A stretch of 64,000 bases of DNA, from positions 960,001-1,024,000 of the forward strand of contig CAVWGN010000001.1 of assembly GCA_963754655.1 (NCBI GenBank), written 5' to 3'. The DNA is from an uncultured Chlamydiae bacterium. Its GTDB lineage: Bacteria; Chlamydiota; Chlamydiia; Chlamydiales; Parachlamydiaceae. A model generated the notes under the pieces. The model ran no database searches. It saw only the letters and a list, made by a program, of their open reading frames with translations, and was not told the DNA's origin. Positions 50,313 to 60,084 of the stretch are shown piece by piece (positions within the stretch are counted from its first letter, which is position 1; each line of letters opens with the position of its first letter). The position numbers and the translations under genes were made by a program.

Positions 50313-52523
50313 ATGATTTCATCATTAGGGAAAAGACCTTTTGCTTCTTTAGAAGCTGAGCCGCAAAGACAATATACTTATTCTCGATTCGATAATTTAG
50401 ATGTTGTCTTTCACATTTTTTCACAGAAGTGTAGTGATTCAAAGGAACTTTCTGATCAAGACTTACTCGCTTTTGAAGGTGCATGTCATATGCATCGAAC
50501 GCTAACAACATCAGTTTGGTACCAATTAAGACGAAAAAACTTTTTTAACATCGATTGGGTTGTTTGTGGAACAGATCATAAAAAAAATTATTTTTTATCT
50601 AAATCCGTTGTCACCTATATTCAACATTTACCTATAAAAGGTCGTAATACAAGGAAAACAATCATCAAAAAATTCTCTACTATTTGTAATCAATTTCCAA
50701 TATTTCAATCTTTTATTGACCTGACTTTATTATCGACCGAAAACCTTAATATTCCTAAAGAATTAGCTAAACAATTAAAACAAGAAAAAATTTTAGATAC
50801 AATCCAAGAAGTGTATCATTTTGCATTACTTGCCACTTTTCGGAAAGGAGAAAAGGACCAACCGAAGAAAGTGTTAAATTCACAATACGAGTTAATGGAG
50901 AAAAAGGTTGAGAGCTTAATTAACCTTAACGCTACTTTTATTAATAGATGTGTTATTAAAATTTTTGAACGTTATTTTTTAATAAATAAATATGAAGATT
51001 TTATTATTAAATTAGTACGTCAAGCAGATGCAAAAGGGGATTATTCAGGATATCAAGAGTTAAGGCGACTACGGATTAATTTACAGACAAGTGATTTTCA
51101 GGAGATAGAGCAAGAGTTAAACGCTGATTCTAATCCTCTTATTTTAGCCCAAGAATTTATAAACTTACAACCTCGAGCGAGATTAAGGGTAGAAAAAAAC
51201 AAAAAGGATCTTTATTTATATTGGATTGATATTTGTGACCAGGACCCTATGCCCCAGGAAGATAGGTGTATTGAAAGTCAAAAACTGTTTTTAAAATTAA
51301 AAGAACATTATGATAAAGAGATAATGCCTCCAGATCTTTTAATGGCAGTGGTTCAATTTCAACTTAAAGTACAAAATTGGGAAGAAGCAGACAAATATTT
51401 ATCTCAAATTCTTAATGAACACAATAACTCTAATCCACATTTAATCTGGTTATCGGCTAAACTTAAAGTCAAACTTAATCAAAATGAAAAAGCCAATGAT
51501 TATTATAATCAATTGATCGGAAAAAAGCAGTCAAAATTTTATAATAAAATATTTTTTGAAAGTCTTAAAGTTAAAATTTTGCTAGAAAAATTTCAAGAAG
51601 CGGATAAAGAGCTTAAAAATTTCTTTAGTACAATCCGAGATTTTGTTGAGCTTACTAGTCGCCCTTATTTTTCTAATGGCGTTCATGGTTTTATTTGCGA
51701 TTATAGTTCTTCAATGGATCCAATTCAAGATTGTATTAATTTAAAATATCATGTCAAAGACGAGAAAGGAGCAAAGTGGTTTGAAACCCTTGTTTTGCTT
51801 GCAAAGCTTAATGAGTACAATAATTGGCAGGCCTGCCAAGAAGCAAACCAGCATTTTACGGAAGACTTCTATCGAGCAGAATATCAAATTCCCCATAAGC
51901 TTTTAAAAAAATTAGCTCAGATTAAAATGAAATTACAAGAAGACAAAGCTGCAGAATTTCTTTATGATCTTTATTTTTCTTCTAAAAAGACTAAAAAAAA
52001 TGATCAGGATAGCGGATTTTTTGGAGATCATAGTGAGTATATAAGTTATGCAGCGTTGAAATATCAAGCGGAAAAATGGGAAGAGGCTGAAAAGCTTTAC
52101 ACTCAAATCTTCTATGATCGCCACAATGACTTTTGTAATTATAGCTCCGATGCGTTAGAAAAATTTGCTCATACTAAGCTTAACCTTGAGAAATGGGAAG
52201 AAGCCGAACACCTTTACAGCATCCTTTTGCAGGATATGGAGGGTGCTAATCCTTTAGCTGTCTATCTTAATTATGCTCATGTTTGTCTTCAATTAAACAA
52301 ATATGAACGGGCTTTAGAAATGTATCAATGTGCTCAATCTTTTTCTCCTCAACACGTTGATGCAAGAGTGGACGCAGATATTGCTTATACTTTAATGAAT
52401 TTAGAAAGATTTAGAGAGGCGAATGATTTTTATAATAAAGCGATTCTACTCTATGGAGATCAACAACCACCAGAACATGTTTTAGAAGAAGCAGCCATTG
52501 TGAGATCAAAGCTAGGTCTGTGA
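50313..52523 (+). CDS. F-box-like + TPR repeat protein, copy 2 (tandem paralog)
   Basis: Colinear and largely identical to 46744-48948, including upstream and downstream flanks. Confidence 0.8.
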   Translation: MISSLGKRPFASLEAEPQRQYTYSRFDNLDVVFHIFSQKCSDSKELSDQDLLAFEGACHMHRTLTTSVWYQLRRKNFFNIDWVVCGTDHKKNYFLSKSVVTYIQHLPIKGRNTRKTIIKKFSTICNQFPIFQSFIDLTLLSTENLNIPKELAKQLKQEKILDTIQEVYHFALLATFRKGEKDQPKKVLNSQYELMEKKVESLINLNATFINRCVIKIFERYFLINKYEDFIIKLVRQADAKGDYSGYQELRRLRINLQTSDFQEIEQELNADSNPLILAQEFINLQPRARLRVEKNKKDLYLYWIDICDQDPMPQEDRCIESQKLFLKLKEHYDKEIMPPDLLMAVVQFQLKVQNWEEADKYLSQILNEHNNSNPHLIWLSAKLKVKLNQNEKANDYYNQLIGKKQSKFYNKIFFESLKVKILLEKFQEADKELKNFFSTIRDFVELTSRPYFSNGVHGFICDYSSSMDPIQDCINLKYHVKDEKGAKWFETLVLLAKLNEYNNWQACQEANQHFTEDFYRAEYQIPHKLLKKLAQIKMKLQEDKAAEFLYDLYFSSKKTKKNDQDSGFFGDHSEYISYAALKYQAEKWEEAEKLYTQIFYDRHNDFCNYSSDALEKFAHTKLNLEKWEEAEHLYSILLQDMEGANPLAVYLNYAHVCLQLNKYERALEMYQCAQSFSPQHVDARVDADIAYTLMNLERFREANDFYNKAILLYGDQQPPEHVLEEAAIVRSKLGL

Positions 52524-52537
52524 AATTAAATTGAAAT

Positions 52538-52580
52538 AGAGAGGCGGCAGTTTCGTTTTATCACAGAGATTGCCGCCTCT
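52538..52580. terminator. Stem-loop between convergent genes
   Basis: AGAGGCGGCAGT...ATTGCCGCCTCT, duplicate of the 48962 hairpin. Confidence 0.5.
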
Positions 52581-52613
52581 TGTCTCCAAGACATTAGTCT
52601 ACCTTATTTATTA

Positions 52614-53201
52614 TCATTTAAAGGGAAATGTTCCTTTGGCTATTATTTCTGTCAATGGCTTACGTGTAGAGGGAACTTCTCTTTTTTTCAGCTCTTCTGA
52701 AAGCTCTTCTTTATTTCCTTGTTTGCCAATGGCGATCATGGCTTCGACTGTAAAGGAATCAGGAATTTGCAAGTTTCTTTTCAAAGCATCATAATCAAAG
52801 CCCTCCATGCCATGCGCAACGATATTTCTGGCATGCGCTTCTAGCGCAAGGCTCATCCAAGCGGCTCCTGTATCAAAATGGGAAGTGTGTGCAGGTTTAT
52901 TATTATGCTCAAATTCATTTCTTGAAATAACGGCTACAAGTGTATCTGCTTTGCTGCACCAGCTTTTATTAAAATCAATGAGGACATTGAACAAAGTGTC
53001 CCATTCTTTTTCTCCTCTTCGGACGTAAACAAAACGCCAAGGCTGATTATTATAAGAAGAAGGAGCCCATCTTGCAGCTTCAAAAAGCGCCATGAGTTCA
53101 TCTTCTGTTAAGCGTTCTTCGCTAAATGCGCGAGAAGAAAAGCGTGATAATAAAATAGGCAAAATCGGATACAGACTTTCCCGATTTAAAAATTTTGTCA
53201 T
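52614..53201 (-). CDS. Nitroreductase family protein
   Basis: RFSSRAF, EAARWAPSSYNNQPWRF, FDTGAAW, HGMEGFD. Confidence 0.92.
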   Translation of the reverse strand: MTKFLNRESLYPILPILLSRFSSRAFSEERLTEDELMALFEAARWAPSSYNNQPWRFVYVRRGEKEWDTLFNVLIDFNKSWCSKADTLVAVISRNEFEHNNKPAHTSHFDTGAAWMSLALEAHARNIVAHGMEGFDYDALKRNLQIPDSFTVEAMIAIGKQGNKEELSEELKKREVPSTRKPLTEIIAKGTFPFK

Positions 53202-53618
53202 ACAATTTCCTCATCTTTTTAATCTAATTTCTTTTTTTGACTCATTAGTGGTCAATATAAGATTACCTTACCATTTAATGTAAAGGAGTACAACAACCTA
53301 AAACGTAGCGGTGTGGCAATTGCAGGCAGTGTATAGCCTAAATCTTCCTTTCTGGCTTCACATGTATAGGCCATTAACGTAGTTAAATGTTTTTCAGTCG
53401 GGGCCTGATCTTTATTGTTTTGATTAATATTGATAATGAATTTAATTAGATTAATATCTAAAAAATATAGTTTTTAATTTTAAATAATAAACCGAATATT
53501 TGTTTTTATCATGTCAAAAATTTTTGATTTTTTGCTTTGCTTCATATCTTGAGGAGATTATAAATCATCTTAATAACCAACTAAGAAAAAATGATATTTC
53601 TAATTTTAAGGAAAAGAA

Positions 53619-55286
53619 ATGGAAAAAGTGAATCCTCTGGCAGGAAAGCCTGCACCGCCGACCATTCTAGTCAATATTCCGAAACTTATCACAGCTTATT
53701 ATGAAGAAAAGCCAGACATTTCTGTACCCGAACAAAGAGTTAAGTTTGGAACTTCGGGCCACCGAGGATCTTCTTTTGAACGAAATTTTAATGAAAGTCA
53801 TATTTTGGCCATTAGTCAAGCCATCTGCGATTATCGTCAACAACAAAAGATTGAGGGACCGCTATTTTTGGGCATCGATACGCATGCGCTTTCTGTTTCT
53901 GCCTATGCAAGCGCCATAGAAGTTTTGGCAGCCAATGGAGTGGATGTCATGTTGGCTCAGGGAGATGAATATGTTCCTACTCCAGTGATCTCTCATGCTA
54001 TTCTTACTTATAACCGTGGACGCAAAAATAGATTGGCTGATGGTATCGTTGTGACTCCGTCACATAATCCTCCTGCTGAAGGAGGATTCAAATACAACCC
54101 TCCCAATGGAGGGCCTGCCGAGCCTCTCGTCACCAATTGGATTGAAGCAAAAGCAAATGAATACATTGGCAAAGGCTTATCAGGAATCAAGCGGATAACG
54201 TATGAAAAAGCGATTAATGCTCCGACAACTCATCGACACCCTTATTTAAAAAATTATATTGACGATCTTGTCAATGTCCTCGATATGCAATTGATTCGCG
54301 ATTCGAAAATTCAAATTGCAGTTGATCCGCTTGGGGGTGCAGGAGTGCATTATTGGAAACCAATTGCGGATAAGTATCAATTGAATTTGACGGTTATCAG
54401 CGATCGAATTGATCCAACCTTTAGCTTCATGACTGTTGATTGGGATGGCAAAATCCGCATGGATCCTTCCTCCCCTTATGCCATGAAAAGATTGATTAAT
54501 TTAAAAGATAAATATCAAGTGGCTTTTGCATGCGATACAGATCATGATCGTCATGGGATTGTGACTAAAACTTCTGGCTTGCTTCCACCTAATCACTACC
54601 TGTCAGCCGCCATCTTTTATTTGTTTCAGCATCGCCCTCATTGGCGAAAAGAAGCAGCAGTGGGAAAAACTTTGGTAAGCAGTCAAATGATTGATTTCGT
54701 CAGCGCAAAGCTTGGACGCAAGGTGTATGAAATTCCTGTTGGCTTTAAATGGTTTGTTGATGGCTTGATGGACGGATCACTTGCTTTTGTTGGCGAAGAA
54801 AGTGCAGGAGCTTCTTTTGTACGTTTTGATGGGAGCGTATGGACGACTGACAAAGATGGCATCATTGCGGCATTGCTTTCAGCTGAGATCACAGCGCGCA
54901 TGGGCAAAGATCCAGGAGAAATTTACAAAGATCTTACGAAAGAGTTTGGAGAATCTTTCTATGATCGTTTTGAATCTCCAGCGACAAAGGAGCAGAGGGA
55001 TATTATCAGGGATTTGACGCCGGCACAAGTGCATTTAAAGGATTTAGCTGGGGAAAAAATCAAAAGTGTTTTCAATCGCGCTCCTGGAAACAATCAGCCA
55101 ATTGGAGGAATAAAAGTTGTAGCAGAAACGGGATGGTTTGCAGCACGTCCTTCAGGAACTGAAGATATCTATCGCATTTATGTCGAAAGCTTTCGCGGAA
55201 AGGAACAGATGCAGCGTATCTTGGAGCAAGCTCAATCAGTCGTTAACGATGCTTTAAAAGAGACTGTATTGAGTCAACAAGTCTAA
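53619..55286 (+). CDS. pgm: Phosphoglucomutase (glucose-1,6-bisphosphate dependent)
   Basis: FGTSGHRGSS, TPSHNPP, DTDHDRH, GEESAG, RPSGTE. Confidence 0.96.
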   Translation: MEKVNPLAGKPAPPTILVNIPKLITAYYEEKPDISVPEQRVKFGTSGHRGSSFERNFNESHILAISQAICDYRQQQKIEGPLFLGIDTHALSVSAYASAIEVLAANGVDVMLAQGDEYVPTPVISHAILTYNRGRKNRLADGIVVTPSHNPPAEGGFKYNPPNGGPAEPLVTNWIEAKANEYIGKGLSGIKRITYEKAINAPTTHRHPYLKNYIDDLVNVLDMQLIRDSKIQIAVDPLGGAGVHYWKPIADKYQLNLTVISDRIDPTFSFMTVDWDGKIRMDPSSPYAMKRLINLKDKYQVAFACDTDHDRHGIVTKTSGLLPPNHYLSAAIFYLFQHRPHWRKEAAVGKTLVSSQMIDFVSAKLGRKVYEIPVGFKWFVDGLMDGSLAFVGEESAGASFVRFDGSVWTTDKDGIIAALLSAEITARMGKDPGEIYKDLTKEFGESFYDRFESPATKEQRDIIRDLTPAQVHLKDLAGEKIKSVFNRAPGNNQPIGGIKVVAETGWFAARPSGTEDIYRIYVESFRGKEQMQRILEQAQSVVNDALKETVLSQQV

Positions 55287-55306
55287 AATAAGGGAGGCAG
55301 GAAACA

Positions 55307-57853
55307 ATGGCAAATCAATCTGTTCATAAGCAATCGATTAATTCTTATAATCGATCTGACATCAATGGTTATGCCTCTTTAGAAGAACTGGCTTTGGACA
55401 TGCACTGGTCATGGAACCATGGGGCTGATCAAATGTGGCATCGTTTGGATCCTGCTTTATGGGAATTAACACATAATCCTTGGGTTGTCTTGCAAACAGT
55501 TTCAAAAGAAAAATTAGAAGCTATTTTAGCCGATCCCGAATTTAAGCAAGTTGTCGATGACCTTGTTCAAAGCAAGCGAAACTTAGATCAAACTGAAACT
55601 TGGTTTCAAAAAAATCACTCTCAAAGTCCTCTTTCCCATGTTGCCTATTTCAGTATGGAATACATGTTGAGTGAAGCACTCCCTATCTATTCAGGAGGCC
55701 TCGGCAATGTAGCAGGTGACCAACTTAAAGCAGCCAGCGATCTTGGCGTGCCTGTCATTGCAATCGGATTGCTTTATCAACAAGGCTATTTTCGTCAAAT
55801 AATCGATAAAGAGGGTGTCCAACAAGCTCTTTATCCCTATAATGACCCCGGACAATTGCCGATTATGCCCTTGCGTAAACCAAATGGCGAATGGTTGCGT
55901 TTAGAGATTACTTTTCCTGGTTGGTCGATTTGGATTCGGACCTGGCAAGTGAAAGTAGGCCGAGTGAGGCTTCTACTGCTTGATAGCAATGATGCCGCTA
56001 ACTTTCCCGTTTACCGTGCCATTACAAGCGAATTATATGGCGGTGGACCAGAACTGCGCTTTCAACAAGAAATGTTATTAGGTGTCGGAGGTTGGCGCTT
56101 GCTGGAAGCGCTAGACATTAAACCCGAAGTTTGCCACTTGAATGAGGGGCATGCTGCATTTGCCATTTTAGAAAGAACAAAAAGTTTTATGCACGAAACA
56201 GGATTACCCTTTCATGCTGCTCTTGCAGCTACAAGGGCAGGCAATGTATTTACCACTCATACAGCAGTACCTGCTGGCTTTGATCGCTTTTCTCCCGGCC
56301 TCATTGAAAAATATCTTAGCAAATATGCAGATAAACTTGGAATCAGCCTATATGATTTATTGGCTCTTGGAAGACAAAATCCAGAGGATGCCGCCGAGCC
56401 ATTTAATATGGCCTATTTAGCTATTCGTGGCAGCGGAGCGGTCAATGGAGTCAGTCGTCTTCATGGACAAGTGAGCCGCAAAATTTTTGAGCCGCTCTTT
56501 CCGCGATGGCCTGAAGACGAATTGCCAGTTGGGCATATTACCAATGGAGTGCACGTGCCCAGTTGGGACTCTGTGCCTTCAGATAATCTTTGGACAGAAA
56601 TGTGCGGTAAGGATCGCTGGCGATGGATTGTTGATTTTGTTGAAACGGATATTGAACGCATGACAGATGTTAAATTATGGAAAATGCGTAGCGATTCCCG
56701 CAAGATATTGATTGAATATACACGCAAAAGGTTGTCGCGCCAATTGGCTGCTCGCGGATTGCCTTTAGATGAAGTTGAGAAGGTTAAGAATATTTTTGAT
56801 GAAAATACATTGACTTTGGGTTTTGCGCGGCGCTTTGCCACTTACAAAAGGCCAAATATGTTGCTCCATGATCCTGAACGACTGCTACGTATTTTAACTA
56901 ATCCCAAGTTTCCTGTACAACTTATCTTAGCCGGCAAAGCACATCCTGCAGATCAACCTGGACAAGCTCTAATTAAAGAATGGATGCATTTTATCAATAC
57001 TCAACCTGAAGCACGAGCACATGTCATTTTTCTGGCCGATTACGATATGCTTCTGACCGAGAAAATGGTACAAGGAGTCGATTTGTGGATTAACACTCCA
57101 AGAAGACCTTGGGAGGCTTGCGGAACAAGCGGAATGAAGGTGCTTGTCAATGGGGGCTTAAATTTATCTGAACTTGATGGGTGGTGGGCTGAGGCTTATT
57201 CCCCAGATGTTGGCTGGGCGATTGGAGATGGTAAAGAGCATGGCAATGATCCTTCTTGGGATGCTGCCGAAGCTAATGATTTATATCACATTCTTGAGCA
57301 GGAAGTGATTCCGACTTTTTATCAGCGCGATCAAGAAGGGATTTCACCGGGCTGGATTGCCAAAATGAGAGCTAGCATGGCACGCTTGACTCCCTATTTT
57401 TCAGCTAACCGTACTGTTCGCGATTACACCGTCCATTATTATCTGCCAGCGGCAAAAAATTTTAGCGAAAGAGCGGTAGAAAAAGGCGTACAAGGAACAT
57501 CTATTGTCAATTGGAAACAAGCTTTAGCGCAAAATTGGGCTAAGCTGCGTTTTAGTGAAGTAAGGGTCGAAACTCAAGGGGAGCAATATGCATTTAATGC
57601 ACAAGTTTACCTCAATGGCTTAGATCCTGGCGCTATAAAGTTAGAAATTTATGCTCATGGAGAAAATGGTAAAGAAGGGATTCGGCAGGAAATGAGCTTG
57701 ATTCGTCAACTTTCAGGCGAGCCCAATCTCTATGTCTATCAAGCATCGGTGCCAGCCACTATTTCAGAGCAAGCTTATACTGTGCGCATGGTTCCGTTTT
57801 TTCCAGGCGTGGCAGTCCCCTTAGAAGAAGGACATATTTTGTGGCAAAAATGA
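55307..57853 (+). CDS. glgP: Alpha-glucan phosphorylase
   Basis: YSGGLGNVAGD, HLNEGH, ARRFATYKR, EACGTSGMK PLP motif. Confidence 0.95.
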   Translation: MANQSVHKQSINSYNRSDINGYASLEELALDMHWSWNHGADQMWHRLDPALWELTHNPWVVLQTVSKEKLEAILADPEFKQVVDDLVQSKRNLDQTETWFQKNHSQSPLSHVAYFSMEYMLSEALPIYSGGLGNVAGDQLKAASDLGVPVIAIGLLYQQGYFRQIIDKEGVQQALYPYNDPGQLPIMPLRKPNGEWLRLEITFPGWSIWIRTWQVKVGRVRLLLLDSNDAANFPVYRAITSELYGGGPELRFQQEMLLGVGGWRLLEALDIKPEVCHLNEGHAAFAILERTKSFMHETGLPFHAALAATRAGNVFTTHTAVPAGFDRFSPGLIEKYLSKYADKLGISLYDLLALGRQNPEDAAEPFNMAYLAIRGSGAVNGVSRLHGQVSRKIFEPLFPRWPEDELPVGHITNGVHVPSWDSVPSDNLWTEMCGKDRWRWIVDFVETDIERMTDVKLWKMRSDSRKILIEYTRKRLSRQLAARGLPLDEVEKVKNIFDENTLTLGFARRFATYKRPNMLLHDPERLLRILTNPKFPVQLILAGKAHPADQPGQALIKEWMHFINTQPEARAHVIFLADYDMLLTEKMVQGVDLWINTPRRPWEACGTSGMKVLVNGGLNLSELDGWWAEAYSPDVGWAIGDGKEHGNDPSWDAAEANDLYHILEQEVIPTFYQRDQEGISPGWIAKMRASMARLTPYFSANRTVRDYTVHYYLPAAKNFSERAVEKGVQGTSIVNWKQALAQNWAKLRFSEVRVETQGEQYAFNAQVYLNGLDPGAIKLEIYAHGENGKEGIRQEMSLIRQLSGEPNLYVYQASVPATISEQAYTVRMVPFFPGVAVPLEEGHILWQK

Positions 57854-57901
57854 TGATTAAGCGCTTAAGCAAGTCTTTATCAATTTGAAAATACGTCTTG
57901 T

Positions 57902-58777
57902 TTAATGAGGTGCCAACGATTCTAATTGGGCAAATTCTTTGTCACTAAGCTCTAATAAGGCGGCAGCAGTATTTTCTTCAAGATGAGTAAGAGAGGATGT
58001 GCCGGGAATAGGAAGCATGACAGGCGAGCGCTTGAGCAGCCATGCAAGCGCAATTTGCGCAGGTGTTGCTCCCTTCGCTTTGGCGATGGCTTCGAGCAGA
58101 CTACCAGGATGTGCAAGCTCTCCGTTTGCAATGGGGAACCATGGAATAAAAGCCAATCCTTGTTTTTCACAGTATTGCAACACTTTTTCAGATTGACGGT
58201 TGCTGAGATTATAGAGATTTTGAACTGAAACAATATCGACAATTTTATTCGCTTGTTGAATTTGCTCTTCTGAGACTTCGGATAACCCAATATAGCGAAT
58301 CTTGCCTTGTTGCTGCATCTTCTTAAGTGCTTCTAATGACTCTTCAGCTGGCACTTTCGGATCGATGCGATGAAGTTGATAGAGAGGAATACAATCCATC
58401 TTCAAGCGTCTAAGACTCATTTCAACACATTGAATTAAATATTCGGCACGGCCGACAGGAGTCCATAATTCTGGTCCTTGGCGTGTCAGGCCTCCTTTGG
58501 TAGCAATGACAAGATCGGAAGGATAAGGGTAAAGAGCTTCTGCAATGAGATTTTCGGATACTTCAGGTCCATAAGCGTCGGCAGTATCAATGAAATTAAC
58601 ACCAAGTTCAAGAGCACGCCGCAAAATTGTTTTTGCTTCTTGGGGATTTTTCGGATTGCCCCAAATGCCCGGGCCTGTGAGGCGCATGGCTCCAAACCCT
58701 AAACGATGGACGGGGAGATCTCCGCCAATATGGAATGTCCCAGACTGACTTGCATGAGTGGTAATTGGCTTAACCAT
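57902..58777 (-). CDS. Aldo/keto reductase
   Basis: RLGFGAMRL, IDTADAYG, IATKGG, YIGLSE, PIPGTSS. Confidence 0.93.
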   Translation of the reverse strand: MVKPITTHASQSGTFHIGGDLPVHRLGFGAMRLTGPGIWGNPKNPQEAKTILRRALELGVNFIDTADAYGPEVSENLIAEALYPYPSDLVIATKGGLTRQGPELWTPVGRAEYLIQCVEMSLRRLKMDCIPLYQLHRIDPKVPAEESLEALKKMQQQGKIRYIGLSEVSEEQIQQANKIVDIVSVQNLYNLSNRQSEKVLQYCEKQGLAFIPWFPIANGELAHPGSLLEAIAKAKGATPAQIALAWLLKRSPVMLPIPGTSSLTHLEENTAAALLELSDKEFAQLESLAPH

Positions 58778-58897
58778 AGATCGTTCCTTCTATATTGAGA
58801 TTGAAACAAAGAAGATTTCTATATATTGGCAAGTTAATTTATTTTCTCATTAACCAAAAGATAAAAATAAAGTCATGTTTTTCATTCATGAAATTGT

Positions 58898-59299
58898 TCA
58901 TTCATGAGATTGAGTGGATTCACGATCAATGCTTAAAGGTCCAGAGCCAAAGTAAGCGATTAAAAGAGCGCCTCCTAGCATGGAGAGATTTTTTAAGAAC
59001 ATAATTTTTTGCAGCATGGCTGCCTGGGGATCCTCAATGCCCCAGAATTGATGCATCATCAATGTGGTAGGGACAAGGAAGATCACGATCAGCCAAGCTC
59101 CATATCGCGCTTTGTAGCCTAACACAATGCTTAAGCTTCCGAGAAAGGCAATGATTCCTGAAAGAGGTACAAGGAGTGAAGGAAGGGGGACGCCTTGACT
59201 GGCGGCATATTGAATTGTTTGTTGAGAAAAATGAGTCAAGGCAGACAGGATAAAAATGGCTGAAAAAAGAATCCTTCCTAATAAAGTCAGGCATTTCAT
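58898..59299 (-). CDS. DoxX family membrane protein
   Basis: LLGRILFSAIF, HQFW, FLKNLSMLGGAL...GSGPLSID. Confidence 0.9.
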   Translation of the reverse strand: MKCLTLLGRILFSAIFILSALTHFSQQTIQYAASQGVPLPSLLVPLSGIIAFLGSLSIVLGYKARYGAWLIVIFLVPTTLMMHQFWGIEDPQAAMLQKIMFLKNLSMLGGALLIAYFGSGPLSIDRESTQSHE

Positions 59300-59322
59300 G
59301 ATTGATTCCTTTATCTGATCAA

Positions 59323-59958
59323 TTAAGGGATAAGATCAGTGGGTTGAATGGAAATTTTGCTCTGGCCAGTCAATTTTTCATAAACTGTTGCCAGGGCAAT
59401 TAAGGTGACGGGAGCTGAAATTAAAATCCCTACACCAAAACATAATAGGCCTAATAAATCCAAACCAGCACAAGCAAGAAAAAGCAATAAGATATGCCAA
59501 CGCCTACCTTTGGAGGCTACCGCGGCTGCTTTAAGCGACTCTATGGGACCTAATCCCTTGTCTAAAATAAAAAAAGGATAAAATCCTAAAGTTGCCCATA
59601 GATATAACCCAGGCGCAATTAAAAAAATGAGTCCAATCAAAAAGAAGATACCAAAAACAAAACTCGCAATAATCCAAGAAAGCAATAGGCGCCAATTTTT
59701 ATAAAATTGATCAAAACTGGGTTTTAGACCTCTTGTTAACAAGAGCGTAGAGTTATAAAACCCCATTTTACCCAAGACAACGATGAGCCAACCAATAAAA
59801 TGAATGGGAGCTTGCCTCCAATCGTGCTCCGATTGACTAAACAACCAGATGACAAAAAATAAAATGACTTGATAGAGAACAAGGAAGGTGATATTGGCTT
59901 TTGTCAGCTCCCATCCTTCTCTAATTGCTCCGCTAATGGTAAAAGAATGTTGAGTCAT
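59323..59958 (-). CDS. Integral membrane protein (DUF975-like)
   Basis: AIREGWELTK, GLIFLIAPGLY, GPIESLKAA...KGRRW. Confidence 0.7.
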   Translation of the reverse strand: MTQHSFTISGAIREGWELTKANITFLVLYQVILFFVIWLFSQSEHDWRQAPIHFIGWLIVVLGKMGFYNSTLLLTRGLKPSFDQFYKNWRLLLSWIIASFVFGIFFLIGLIFLIAPGLYLWATLGFYPFFILDKGLGPIESLKAAAVASKGRRWHILLLFLACAGLDLLGLLCFGVGILISAPVTLIALATVYEKLTGQSKISIQPTDLIP

Positions 59959-60084
59959 AAGCGCTCCCGGTTAATGAATATTTAAATAGCTTAAGTATAA
60001 ATAAAAGACAAGTCACCAATCAGAATTGGAATTTAATGTCATTTGGAATAAGATAGTCTGGATTAAAATAAACAGTTAAAACAA

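Noticed and set aside
46744..52523. Diversity-generating retroelement TR/VR pair
   Set aside because: Differences between the paralogs are not adenine-specific, both are full genes, and there is no reverse transcriptase.
53280..53410. GC-richer intergenic patch, possible ncRNA or riboswitch
   Set aside because: No recognisable family motif or convincing fold by eye; needs an Rfam scan.
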